Below the pieces are notes generated by a model that worked only from the letters and a program-made list of their open reading frames with translations, did no database searches and was not told where the DNA came from. Below, piece by piece: positions 51,928-61,190 of a stretch of 64,000 bases of DNA. Every line of letters begins with the position of its first letter. The stretch's first letter is position 1. The translations under genes were made by a program, and so were the position numbers. Origin of the DNA: Nitrospinota bacterium (lineage in GTDB: Bacteria > Nitrospinota_A > UBA7883); contig CBDCXE010000006.1 in NCBI GenBank assembly GCA_965223725.1, positions 34,357-98,356 on the forward strand, written 5' to 3'.

Positions 51928-52361
51928 CTATTAATTCACAGTTTTCATCTGAAAAGCTTTTTACTATAACATGGTAAACCGATTCAGTTCGATACGTAAT
52001 AGTACTCTCCATCAACCCGGGCAACCACCATTAAAGCGTTTAACGCTTTGGTGCTTTAGCGTAGCTCCTTTCTGTTGCGCAGTTACGGCAGATTGCGCCA
52101 TTGCTTATTATCTTTAATAAACAAAATAACTGTTTATGATGAGCAAACGTGTTAAAAGGCATCGACTTAAATTCTGACAAGGTTATATAAATGCGCCTCA
52201 ATGCGCTTAGACAATGCTTGAAAATATCGGAAAAAACCAATATAATGGGGAAATTGGGAGACGCACATCGAATAGGAAAGTCGCTGGTCATGGCCTGATC
52301 CACTTTCGATTTTAACAAAGAATTTATACATACAATAGTGTGCGGAAAGGATTGCGCAATT

Positions 52362-52874
52362 GTGAGTAAAGCCATAATCAGACCATTGATGACCATGGAA
52401 AGTAGTAAAGCGGTGGATGTGATAAATGACGCCGCCACTGTTTATGATGGGGTCGTCGCCTCAGACGCGTTACCGACGCCATATATGTCCAAAGGTAGTT
52501 TTGTGATGGATATCGGTATGGGTGTCAAATTCTGGTGTGTCGACAAAGGAGGCGAGGTTCTGGGTGTTATGGGTCTCCAGAAAATCGATGGGATATCCCT
52601 GATTCGGCACGCCTATGTTCTCAAAAAATATCAGCGTAAAGGCGTTGGCAGTGGATTATTAAAACGGCTGACGACCGAACTGGATGAGCCTGTCCTGGTG
52701 GGGACCTGGAGAGACGCTGCTTCTTCCAATCAATTTTATGTAAAGCATGGCTTCACTAAAATCGATAGGGATGAAAAGGATCAGCTGCTTAAGAAATACT
52801 GGAAGATATCAGACCGGCATAGAGAAGAATCGGTGGTGTACGCCAACAAAAAATGGTTTGAGGCCGAGGGATAA
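52362..52874 (+). CDS. GNAT family N-acetyltransferase
   Basis: INDAA..YDG, LIRHAYV...QRKGVG, VGTW, FY.KHGF; start uncertain. Confidence 0.85.
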   Translation: MSKAIIRPLMTMESSKAVDVINDAATVYDGVVASDALPTPYMSKGSFVMDIGMGVKFWCVDKGGEVLGVMGLQKIDGISLIRHAYVLKKYQRKGVGSGLLKRLTTELDEPVLVGTWRDAASSNQFYVKHGFTKIDRDEKDQLLKKYWKISDRHREESVVYANKKWFEAEG

Positions 52875-52913
52875 ACCATATATTCGCGCCTGGCAAGGCG
52901 GAAGACCTGCTAT

Positions 52914-54182
52914 TCAGAAGCGGTATCCTGCGTAAAGAAAATAAGTTACCGCATTGAACTTATCTGATGTTTTAGCCAGCGCGATGCTATCGATATCTAG
53001 ATACTCCTCGTTGGACAATTCTATCGAACCTGACACAAAAAACGTATTGCCCGGGTACCAGTCTGCGCTGAATCCATAAATCCACTGTTCCAGAGTATTG
53101 GACGTGCCCTCCTGTTCGTTGGTCATGAAGGTCACGTTGGCTTCCACACTCAGGTTATCGTCCACATCCGCGCCGATGGCGCCAAAATATTGGATAATAT
53201 CAGATGTGAAATAGTTGATCGAGCGGAACGCCACATCATAATAGAACCAGTTAAAAAAGTCGGTCTGTTTCAATCCACCCCATATCAGGGACGCGGATTT
53301 TCCATCGCTCTCCCTGGTTCGTGTATCGAAACTTCCATAGATGGTCATGGTTTTCGTAACCTTCACCCTGCCGGCGGCGCGCAGTGTGGTCTGCAGCTCA
53401 TGGTTGAGGTCATAATCCATCGACTCAAACAGCCGGATGGCACGATACTGGTTATAACTAAAATCGAGGGATACATTCTCGTTCGGAATAAAGTTGGCGC
53501 TCAGGTAAAAATTAGTCAGCTCGTTGCCACCGGAATCGGCGTTATGATCGGACCGGGCGGTTCCGTATAACCGGAGGCTTTCCGACATGTTGTAATAGCC
53601 GGACCCATACAGGTACGATTTATCGTCGCCGCCTTTGAATGTGCTCATAACATATCCGCCGCTCACCCCGGCTGTGGGGTTATTGGTGAACCCATACAGT
53701 CCATACATCATATAGTCGCCGTTCACGATATCGTCGTAAGGGTCAGGCTCCAACCCACCGAACAGCCCTACTCCTGATGTTTCGCCCAACGGATACACAA
53801 TGTTCGCGCCATCCAGCCTGGCGGTGGGCATATAGTCTATATACTGTCTGCCCAGATGGATATCGACCAGCGAAAACGCCTGCTTGAACTCCAGCTTGGC
53901 TGTTTCAAACCTGGCGCCCGGAATGTCCTCGCTGAATGTTCCGGAGCCGGATGAACGGGTGGCCCCTTTCAGGCGAAGCGCTGTGCCATCGCCTATCAGC
54001 TCTTCCACATTCAGACGTATCCGAACCCGAGTGATGGAAAAATCTTGCGCCGCGACATCATCATCGCGGTTATAAATGGAGCCGGAGATAAACCCGGTGA
54101 CGCTCTGGGCCAGAGCGGACACAGGCGCCAGGACGCAACCTATGGCCAGCGAGCAGGCAAGAAACCGTTTTGTCAATCGCAT
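52914..54182 (-). CDS. Outer-membrane beta-barrel protein (porin of a porin-cytochrome complex)
   Basis: Signal peptide (ALA-Q), many amphipathic aromatic-rich strands, LGRQ..RLDG, C-terminal BAM signal YAGYRF; start overlaps the 3' end of the cytochrome gene. Confidence 0.82.
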   Translation of the reverse strand: MRLTKRFLACSLAIGCVLAPVSALAQSVTGFISGSIYNRDDDVAAQDFSITRVRIRLNVEELIGDGTALRLKGATRSSGSGTFSEDIPGARFETAKLEFKQAFSLVDIHLGRQYIDYMPTARLDGANIVYPLGETSGVGLFGGLEPDPYDDIVNGDYMMYGLYGFTNNPTAGVSGGYVMSTFKGGDDKSYLYGSGYYNMSESLRLYGTARSDHNADSGGNELTNFYLSANFIPNENVSLDFSYNQYRAIRLFESMDYDLNHELQTTLRAAGRVKVTKTMTIYGSFDTRTRESDGKSASLIWGGLKQTDFFNWFYYDVAFRSINYFTSDIIQYFGAIGADVDDNLSVEANVTFMTNEQEGTSNTLEQWIYGFSADWYPGNTFFVSGSIELSNEEYLDIDSIALAKTSDKFNAVTYFLYAGYRF

Positions 54183-56464
54183 CTGATAAAATCCTTGGCC
54201 ATATCAAAGTCGATGGTGTTATGACATAATGTGCATGTGGTCGGGCACGCCGGCGCGCCGGGCGGATCCCCATTGGCGTGTTCTTTTCTGTAATCGGCCC
54301 TGTGGCACGATATGCAATCGCTCTCCACCATCGCCCCGGGGAACTTCAGCGCGCCGCCACTACCCACATGGCACTTGCTGCAGTCGCCCTGGATCTCGCG
54401 GTGGCTGCCGGTGAATGTCATGCTCTTGTGGGCGTGGCTGCCGAAGGCGCCGCTCCAGTCGTATGGCCTGTGGCAGTTTTCGCAATTGGTATTGCCTGGT
54501 GTGTGGGCGCTTATATTGCCGGCGTTAAAGAACTCTTTTTGATGACAACTGAAGCAATCAACCGGGGTTCCACGATAGTCACGCCGGCTGTGGCAATCTT
54601 TACACTCCGCCGCCCTGTGGAGCCCCTCCAGCCGGAAGCCTGTGGTATTGTGGCGGAACTTCAGCGGATCCCAGCTCAACGCCTTGTGACAATCGGAGCA
54701 GTTGGAGCCGAACTGGTTGAAATGCGGGTCGGTGTGGCACTGCTGACAATCGGACCCGGAGCCTTTGTCGAACTTCACCGCTTTATGACAGTCGCCGCAC
54801 ATCAAGACGCTGTGGGCGCCGGTCAGCCGAAAGCCGGTGACCGCGTGGAAAAACTGGTCGGTTTTCCAGGTGTCTGCGCTGTGACAATCGCCGCATCGCG
54901 GGCCGAAGGTTCCTTTATGCTTGTCATCCTTATTGTGGCAGTCGATACACTCGTTACCGATCGGTTTCCAGACGGTTTTCTTTTTTATGGTGTGGCAGTC
55001 GGCGCATTTGGTGGATATGTGCTTGCCCTTGAGCGCAAACCGGCTGTGCTGGTTGTGAACGAACGATGTCTTCTTCCAGTCGTTCTCCACCTTGTGGCAG
55101 ACTTCGCATTTTTTATCGTCCAGCTTGCCTTTATGCGGATCCATATGACAGCTTTTGCTGGCGCAGCTTTCTGTTTTGATCGGCCTGTAATGCGCCGACT
55201 TGGTCACACGATTCGGTTTGTGACATTTTTCGCATTTGACCTTCTTATGTTTACCAACCAGCTTGTAACCTTTATAGGAACTGGCGCTATGGCTGAACAG
55301 GGTCGGTCTCCACCCTTTGACGCTGTGGCACTCTTCGCACTTTTTACCCTTGAACTGGTTGCCATGGATCGCGCCCCGTTTGCGGGTGTCATGACAGCCG
55401 GATGCGTCGCATGTGTCGAACTTTTCGACTTTGAAAATATTTTTCTTCCTATGGCACTTCTCGCATTTCACCTTCCGGTGTTTACCGGTCAGCGGGTATT
55501 TGGTTTTCGCGTGGTTGAACTTTACCGATTTCCAGCTATCGGTTTTATGACAGTCCACGCAGGTTGACCCCAGGGTACCTTTATGTTTGTCATCCTTTTT
55601 GTGGCAGGTGATGCATTTCTCATAGCCCCGGACCTTGAAGACGCCCTTCTTCTTGTGGCAATTTTCACATTTCACTTTCTGATGCTTGCCGGTCAGCTGG
55701 TATTTGGTTTTTGAATGGTCGAATCGTACTTCTTTCCAGGTGGTGGCTTTATGGCAATCTTTGCAGGCAGAGCCCAGGGTTCCTTTATGTTTGTCATCCT
55801 TCTTGTGGCAGGTGATACATTGCTCATAGCCCGGGACCTTGAAGATCCCCTTGGTCTGATGGCACTTCTCGCACTTGACCTTCGCATGCCCTGTATCCAG
55901 CTTGTACACCTTGTCATGGTCGAAGGTCACATCCTTGCCTTTCCAGCTGAAAGCGGTATGGCAGGTCTCGCACCGGGCGCCTAAAGTGGGTTTATGTATA
56001 TCAGCGTGGCACGATGCGCAGGTATTGTCGGCCAACAGATAGCTTTGCTGACCTTTTTTGGTTTTCGCCTTGTGGCAATCCACACATGCGGTTTTAGCGT
56101 GCCTACCGGTCAGCGGGTATCCGGTGTTCGCCATGCCATGGTCGAACTTTTTCGGCTCCCACTCGACCATGGAGAAGGCTTTGCCCTTATGGTCGGAGTG
56201 GCACTTGAAACACTTCTTATCGGTTACAGTGGAGTGATATCCTGTCTTTCGTTTGATGCGGGCGTCGATATCTTTATGGCAATCGAGGCATTTCCGGTCC
56301 GGGATACCACCGCGAAGTTCATGGCACTCGGTACATTTGGTAATTCCGGTCAGGTCGCCATGCAGCACGGATAATTCGCCAGGGCTTATCAGTTTACCCA
56401 GGTCCTGGGCATAGGCGTTTGCGCTAAGCGCAAACAAAAGACCCACAATTACCCTTAGAATCAA
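54173..56464 (-). CDS. Periplasmic 30-heme c-type cytochrome (tandem c7-like triheme modules)
   Basis: Signal peptide (AYA-Q). Manual count: 28 CxxCH + 2 Cx4CH (CDASGCH, CASKSCH). Repeating FDH..T.Y.L.G.H module; Lys-rich. Confidence 0.93.
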   Translation of the reverse strand: MILRVIVGLLFALSANAYAQDLGKLISPGELSVLHGDLTGITKCTECHELRGGIPDRKCLDCHKDIDARIKRKTGYHSTVTDKKCFKCHSDHKGKAFSMVEWEPKKFDHGMANTGYPLTGRHAKTACVDCHKAKTKKGQQSYLLADNTCASCHADIHKPTLGARCETCHTAFSWKGKDVTFDHDKVYKLDTGHAKVKCEKCHQTKGIFKVPGYEQCITCHKKDDKHKGTLGSACKDCHKATTWKEVRFDHSKTKYQLTGKHQKVKCENCHKKKGVFKVRGYEKCITCHKKDDKHKGTLGSTCVDCHKTDSWKSVKFNHAKTKYPLTGKHRKVKCEKCHRKKNIFKVEKFDTCDASGCHDTRKRGAIHGNQFKGKKCEECHSVKGWRPTLFSHSASSYKGYKLVGKHKKVKCEKCHKPNRVTKSAHYRPIKTESCASKSCHMDPHKGKLDDKKCEVCHKVENDWKKTSFVHNQHSRFALKGKHISTKCADCHTIKKKTVWKPIGNECIDCHNKDDKHKGTFGPRCGDCHSADTWKTDQFFHAVTGFRLTGAHSVLMCGDCHKAVKFDKGSGSDCQQCHTDPHFNQFGSNCSDCHKALSWDPLKFRHNTTGFRLEGLHRAAECKDCHSRRDYRGTPVDCFSCHQKEFFNAGNISAHTPGNTNCENCHRPYDWSGAFGSHAHKSMTFTGSHREIQGDCSKCHVGSGGALKFPGAMVESDCISCHRADYRKEHANGDPPGAPACPTTCTLCHNTIDFDMAKDFIRCD
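55571..55980 (-). repeat. Near-identical 204-nt (68-aa) internal duplication in the 30-heme cytochrome
   Basis: CAGGGT.CCTTTATGTTTGTCATCCTT.TTGTGGCAGGTGAT at 55571 and 55775 (CITCHKKDDKHKGTLGS twice); outer boundaries approximate. Confidence 0.8.
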
Positions 56465-56582
56465 GCTGTCCCCACTAGCCTAAAGTTAATTTATAAAAAA
56501 GCTGCAGCAGCCTTAAATACTTCTCCGACCGCAGCTGCATATATTATTTAACTATTTCCACCAATATCAATATTGACTGATA

Positions 56583-57590
56583 TCAATCGTCGTCATCGTC
56601 GTCATCGTCGTCATCGTGGTCATCGTCGTCGTCATCCGGGTTGTCGCTGCCGTGGCACGCCCTGCATGCCTGAGATTTGACCTGGCTATGGCTATATCGC
56701 CAGCTAATACCGAATGTATGGCACCATTCGCAGTTATAGCCTGCGAAATGGCGACTATGGCAGCTGGCGCAATCGCTGGTAATACCCTGATGGGAAAACG
56801 TGACCCCACTCCACTTCGGGTATTTGTGGCAGTTTTCACAAGTGGCGCCAAAATGTTTTTGCGGTGCTGTGGCCGCATGACAGTTGGAGCAACCTGTTGT
56901 ATGGTTATGGGCGCCGCCGGATATGTTGCTCCATTTCGGGTATTTGTGGCAGTTTTCACAGTTTACTTTCCTGCCATCGTTATGGCTGGCCGGCGCTTTA
57001 CCGACGTGGCAATTGGCGCACCCAGTTGCGTGGGTATGCGCTCCGCCACCGCCACTTAAGCTCCATCGCCCGGAAGAGTACTGATGACAAGTATCACAGC
57101 CGGTTTTTCGGCCATTGTTGTGGCTGGCTGGCGCTCTGCTGGTATGGCAGGTTTCGCACGAATTTTTGATCCCGTTATGAAAGGTTGTATGACTTATTCT
57201 TGTATGAGATGTAAAACTGTCTGAATAGTGACAGGAGTTGCAGTATGTCCCTGTTTGAGCCGTGGCATGGTTCAGGAACCGGGTCCTGTTATATTGATCC
57301 ACATGGCAGTTTAGGCAGATCTGGGCGCCCGGCACATCCCTGGAATTTTCTGTAAACATTATCGAGCGCGCAGTCTGATGACAGCTGTTGCAATCCATGC
57401 TGGCGTGGCGGCCAACCTGATACTGCCTGTGCCAATCTGGTGATGGTTGAACGCCTATCCCGTTCCAGTTTGTCTGAGGTGTGGAGCCGCCGCCTGACCC
57501 GCCATCATCACCCCCGCCGCCGGAGCACCCAACAGCAACCAGGGAAACAGCAAGCCCAATCGCTATCAGAATATACCTGGAATAGTTCAT
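56583..57590 (-). CDS. 12-heme c-type cytochrome lipoprotein with C-terminal poly-Asp tail
   Basis: Lipobox VAVG-C plus Gly/Ser linker; 12 CxxCH counted; ends D6-H-D10. Confidence 0.92.
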   Translation of the reverse strand: MNYSRYILIAIGLAVSLVAVGCSGGGGDDGGSGGGSTPQTNWNGIGVQPSPDWHRQYQVGRHASMDCNSCHQTARSIMFTENSRDVPGAQICLNCHVDQYNRTRFLNHATAQTGTYCNSCHYSDSFTSHTRISHTTFHNGIKNSCETCHTSRAPASHNNGRKTGCDTCHQYSSGRWSLSGGGGAHTHATGCANCHVGKAPASHNDGRKVNCENCHKYPKWSNISGGAHNHTTGCSNCHAATAPQKHFGATCENCHKYPKWSGVTFSHQGITSDCASCHSRHFAGYNCEWCHTFGISWRYSHSQVKSQACRACHGSDNPDDDDDDHDDDDDDDDDD

Positions 57591-57684
57591 ATTATTCTCC
57601 GCTCATTTAGCACATTCAGTAATTTATATTTGTATATAAACAGCATTACCAACAATAGCCCGCAGGCATACCGTACTAAAATTC

Positions 57685-57701
57685 AGCACATATGGCGCCA
57701 A
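57685..57701 (-). promoter_or_regulatory. Sigma54 (-24/-12) promoter of the cytochrome-porin operon
   Basis: TTGGCGCCATATGTGCT = GG-N10-GC, about 95 nt upstream of ATG 57590. Confidence 0.6.
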
Positions 57702-57833
57702 AGAATATTTTCAGATGACCACAGCGTCTACAGCATCAGGCAACAATAGATAAATGCTTAATTTCATACGGTTTACTGAGTACTAATAGCTGCGTAGTGG
57801 TTATTTTATGGCGGGATTATCGTATGTTTTATC

Positions 57834-57873
57834 TTGTCCTGAATCAAGACAACTGTACTAATAACAATACAGT
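57834..57873. promoter_or_regulatory. Tandem palindromes, candidate enhancer sites for a sigma54 activator
   Basis: TTGTCCTGA-A-TCAAGACAA (TGT-N11-ACA) and ACTGTA-N10-TACAGT (TGT-N12-ACA), about 135-175 bp upstream of the -24 box. Confidence 0.5.
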
Positions 57874-57915
57874 GACTCCTCTAGCAGAGCAGTTTGAACA
57901 TGGAAAAACGAAAGC

Positions 57916-59274
57916 TCAGTTATCCAGTTTGTATTTCTTGATCATGCGATAGACATTCCGTTCGCTGACCCCGAGGGCGGAGGCGAGGCCGCTTCTATGG
58001 CCCCGGTATTTATCTAGAAGGGTTTTCAGATAGCTCATTTTGATTTCCTCCAGTGTCGGTTCATGGTCGAAGCTAAAGCTGACAGGCGCAGCGTTACCGG
58101 CTCGACCTTGCGGTAAACCCAGGTGCTCTGGCTGGATCGTCGGGTCATCAGCGGATAATATAATTGCTCTCTCTACCACATTACGCAGTTCTCGCACATT
58201 TCCGGGCCAGTCGTAAGCGCCAAGGGTATGGAGGGCGCTTGGCGAAAGCTTTTTGCTAATACGTCGAGAGAAATCGTGATAATCAATAAAATGCTCCACC
58301 AGGTCAGGAATATCCTCCCGCCTCTCCCGCAATGGTGGAACTTTTATACTGAAAGCGCTCAATCGATAAAACAGATCCGCTCGAAATTCGTTCTCTTTCG
58401 CCATCGACTCCAGGTCCCGGTTGGTGGCCACAAGAATCCGGGCGTCCGATTGCAGGTCCTTGGTCCCGCCCAGTCGGCGGAAATTACCGGTTTCCAGAAT
58501 ACGCAACAACTTGGCCTGCATGGCTTGTCCGATCTCGCCGATTTCATCGAGGAATAGCGTCCCACCCTTGGCGCCTTCAACCAATCCTTTTTTCTGACGG
58601 TCGGCGCCGGTGAATGCGCCCCGCTCATGACCAAACAGCTCCGACTCAAACAGGTTCTCTTGTAAAGTACAGCAATCGAGTGTGACAAAGTTGCGATCAG
58701 TTCGTGTTCCAAGGTCATGGATTTCCCGCGCCACCAGCTCTTTGCCGACACCGCTTTCGCCTGTAATAAGAACGTTTACATCCTCACGGGCGACAGAGCG
58801 TATAAGTTCATTTACCTGATTCAATGCATCGGAGCGGCCCACCATAAACGATTTGCGGCCAGCCCGCTCCCGAGACCAGACAAACTGGTAGTCCTGGCGC
58901 ATTTCAGCGTATCCCAATGTACGATGCACAGTAAGCTCCAGCTCTACAAGGTTGACCGGTTTAACCAGGTATTCGGCGACTCCCTGTTTCATGGCGTCCA
59001 CAGCGTTTTTTACCGATCCGTATGCGGTTAACACGATAACCGGAGCCTGCGCCACCAAATCCGGCACCATGCTCAACCCATCCACATCGGGTAGCTGGAT
59101 ATCGAGAAGGATCAGGTCTGGCTCATACTTTTCCAAGTATTTGTTTGTTTCGGCGCCAGAGTGTACACCAGTCACTACGAACCCCAGTTCTGTAAGTTGG
59201 CTCACCATAAGCTCGTTGAAAACCTTGTCGTCATCGACGACAAGTATGCTCTTTTTAAGCTGATTGCTTCTCAT
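57916..59274 (-). CDS. Sigma54-dependent response regulator (REC-AAA+-HTH, NtrC family)
   Basis: VVDDD..LLDIQLP, GESGVGKE, ESELFGHERGAFTGA, FLDEIGE, WPGNVREL. Confidence 0.95.
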   Translation of the reverse strand: MRSNQLKKSILVVDDDKVFNELMVSQLTELGFVVTGVHSGAETNKYLEKYEPDLILLDIQLPDVDGLSMVPDLVAQAPVIVLTAYGSVKNAVDAMKQGVAEYLVKPVNLVELELTVHRTLGYAEMRQDYQFVWSRERAGRKSFMVGRSDALNQVNELIRSVAREDVNVLITGESGVGKELVAREIHDLGTRTDRNFVTLDCCTLQENLFESELFGHERGAFTGADRQKKGLVEGAKGGTLFLDEIGEIGQAMQAKLLRILETGNFRRLGGTKDLQSDARILVATNRDLESMAKENEFRADLFYRLSAFSIKVPPLRERREDIPDLVEHFIDYHDFSRRISKKLSPSALHTLGAYDWPGNVRELRNVVERAIILSADDPTIQPEHLGLPQGRAGNAAPVSFSFDHEPTLEEIKMSYLKTLLDKYRGHRSGLASALGVSERNVYRMIKKYKLDN

Positions 59275-59276
59275 AA

Positions 59277-61172
59277 CTAACCCAGTATAACCTTCTCTTT
59301 GGAATAATCCGCCAATGGTAAAGTGACTGTGAATGTTGTCCCTTTACCTGGTTCACTGGCAACGCTGATATTACCATAATATCTTTCTATTATTGCTTTG
59401 CAGATGGTAAGCCCCAATCCGGTGCCTTCATTCTGGTCGGCTCGACGAGAGAAGAACGGAGCGAATATATGCTCCCTGATATCAGGGCTGATGCCCACAC
59501 CACTATCCTCAAACTCCAGTATCGTTTTATCATCTTTAGAGCATCCTCGAATAATTAATCGGCCACCTTCTGGCATGGAATGAAAAGCGTTCTGAACAAG
59601 GTTTAAAACGAGCATCCGTATCTCGCTCTCCGTGGCCAGCACACGCGGCTCTCCTTCGATCTCCACCTGCAGATCAACACCCCTGTTGTCAGCCTCATAT
59701 TTCAGCAGCGAGGTCACCTCTGGGATAGCCTGCTTCAAGGATACCAGTTGCACATGCTCGGATGGCGGCATGGAAAGGTTGAGCATCCGCCGGGTAACAT
59801 CGATACATTTATCAACTTCATCATCCACCTGACGAAGATAGTCCATCACTTTACTATCTGTTTTGCCGGTTTCCGACACCCTCAACAACGCTTGCAGCCC
59901 CAACCGCACCGAAGCCAATGGGTTGTGAATTTCGTGGGCGACACCGGTGGCCAGCTGACCAAGCTCGGCCATATGTTGCTCTTGCGTTGTTTTCATCTGT
60001 TTTTCCAGATCACGGATTACTTCGACCACATAGGTCCTCTCTTTACCGCCACGGTTGATTTTCAGTGGCGCCGCATATATCTCCACCGGCAGCTCTGCGC
60101 CATCCTTTCGCCGATATCGATGAACCATTTTCAGAGGAGTCTCGTCACGTTCAAACTCGTACATTGGGCAAGTAATCAGGCTGGGCGGACATGGTTCATC
60201 ACGGCCATGGCTGGACGCATAACAGAAGGTTCCCTCAATATTTGTCATATCCACATCGAAATGATGGCAATACGCTTTGTTAGCCAGCAGGATTCGATAG
60301 TTCTCATCAATGACCCGTATGCCATCCGGAGCGGCATTTATCATCGATTGCAGAAACTCTTCATGCGTCTTCAACTCGGCCAGGGTTTGCTCCAGCTTTT
60401 GCGCCATTATATTAAAGGAGCTTCCCAGCTGCGCCAATTCATCCTCACCCTGACTGCCAACCCGCGTATCCAGCCGCCCTTCCGACAGGCGCCCGCTGGC
60501 AATGGAAAGCGCGTTGACAGGAGACACCACCGTCGCTTTTATAAACAACCAAGCAGCGATTAGCGCCAGCAACACCACAAGGCCGCTGGATGCAGCAAGG
60601 GTGGCGGCGCCAAATAAAGCTTTTCGTTGTATACCTGCCGCTTCATAATCGACAAGCAGTATGCCATTAATCGGATTATCCTCTATGGAGCCGTGGCATC
60701 CGGCGCACTGCTCCTTGTTGCTGATTGGGTTTACACTGCGTAATACTTCCTGCCCTGCGGCGCCAGTCATAAACCAAGCCATACTTTTCGGAATGGTGTC
60801 AATTTTGGCGCAATCGGCGCATCCTGTGATATCCCCGGTCGACAGAAAACTTTCCAGAAGGGACTGGTCGGATGAAAACCGTACTACCAGCTCCGGATTG
60901 GTAATCATCACGCTTCGAACACTTTTTTGCTCTCCCAGACGCTCGACGATTTCGGCAAGCCCAGACAAGTCTCTCTTCAGCATGGCATTCTCCAAAGATG
61001 TCTGAAGAAGGAAATTTACCTGCATCGAAGCGTCCGCCCTCTCCTTTTCCAGCTGAACCTTGTACAAGCTTATAAATCCGATAAGCAGAATCAGCAATGA
61101 CACGGCCAAAATGGCGGCCAGCCCGGCAAGAAGCTTCCGGCTCAACGATTGTTTAAACCATTGCAAGCTCAT
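59277..61172 (-). CDS. Sensor histidine kinase with periplasmic CxxCH heme domain, HAMP and Cys-rich PAS
   Basis: Two TMs flanking CADC and CAGCH; PAS with CY..HG..PC....CP; AHEIHNPL, NLVQNA, DSGVGI, GTGLGL. Confidence 0.92.
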   Translation of the reverse strand: MSLQWFKQSLSRKLLAGLAAILAVSLLILLIGFISLYKVQLEKERADASMQVNFLLQTSLENAMLKRDLSGLAEIVERLGEQKSVRSVMITNPELVVRFSSDQSLLESFLSTGDITGCADCAKIDTIPKSMAWFMTGAAGQEVLRSVNPISNKEQCAGCHGSIEDNPINGILLVDYEAAGIQRKALFGAATLAASSGLVVLLALIAAWLFIKATVVSPVNALSIASGRLSEGRLDTRVGSQGEDELAQLGSSFNIMAQKLEQTLAELKTHEEFLQSMINAAPDGIRVIDENYRILLANKAYCHHFDVDMTNIEGTFCYASSHGRDEPCPPSLITCPMYEFERDETPLKMVHRYRRKDGAELPVEIYAAPLKINRGGKERTYVVEVIRDLEKQMKTTQEQHMAELGQLATGVAHEIHNPLASVRLGLQALLRVSETGKTDSKVMDYLRQVDDEVDKCIDVTRRMLNLSMPPSEHVQLVSLKQAIPEVTSLLKYEADNRGVDLQVEIEGEPRVLATESEIRMLVLNLVQNAFHSMPEGGRLIIRGCSKDDKTILEFEDSGVGISPDIREHIFAPFFSRRADQNEGTGLGLTICKAIIERYYGNISVASEPGKGTTFTVTLPLADYSKEKVILG

Positions 61173-61190
61173 GGCTGCATAACCTGTCGC

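Noticed and set aside
49033-51969. Long plus-strand ORFs 49033..50223 and 50872..51969
   Set aside because: Antisense shadows of thyX/DUF3047 and gltX with no recognisable motifs
51960-52340. tRNA or sRNA upstream of gltX; palindrome AAAGCGTT-T-AACGCTTT at 52033-52049
   Set aside because: No cloverleaf or T-loop motif seen; the palindrome lacks a U-tract and has no assignable function
54278-55567. 429-aa hydrophobic plus-strand ORF with repeating VA/MA
   Set aside because: Antisense read-out of the repeated CxxCH codons of the cytochrome
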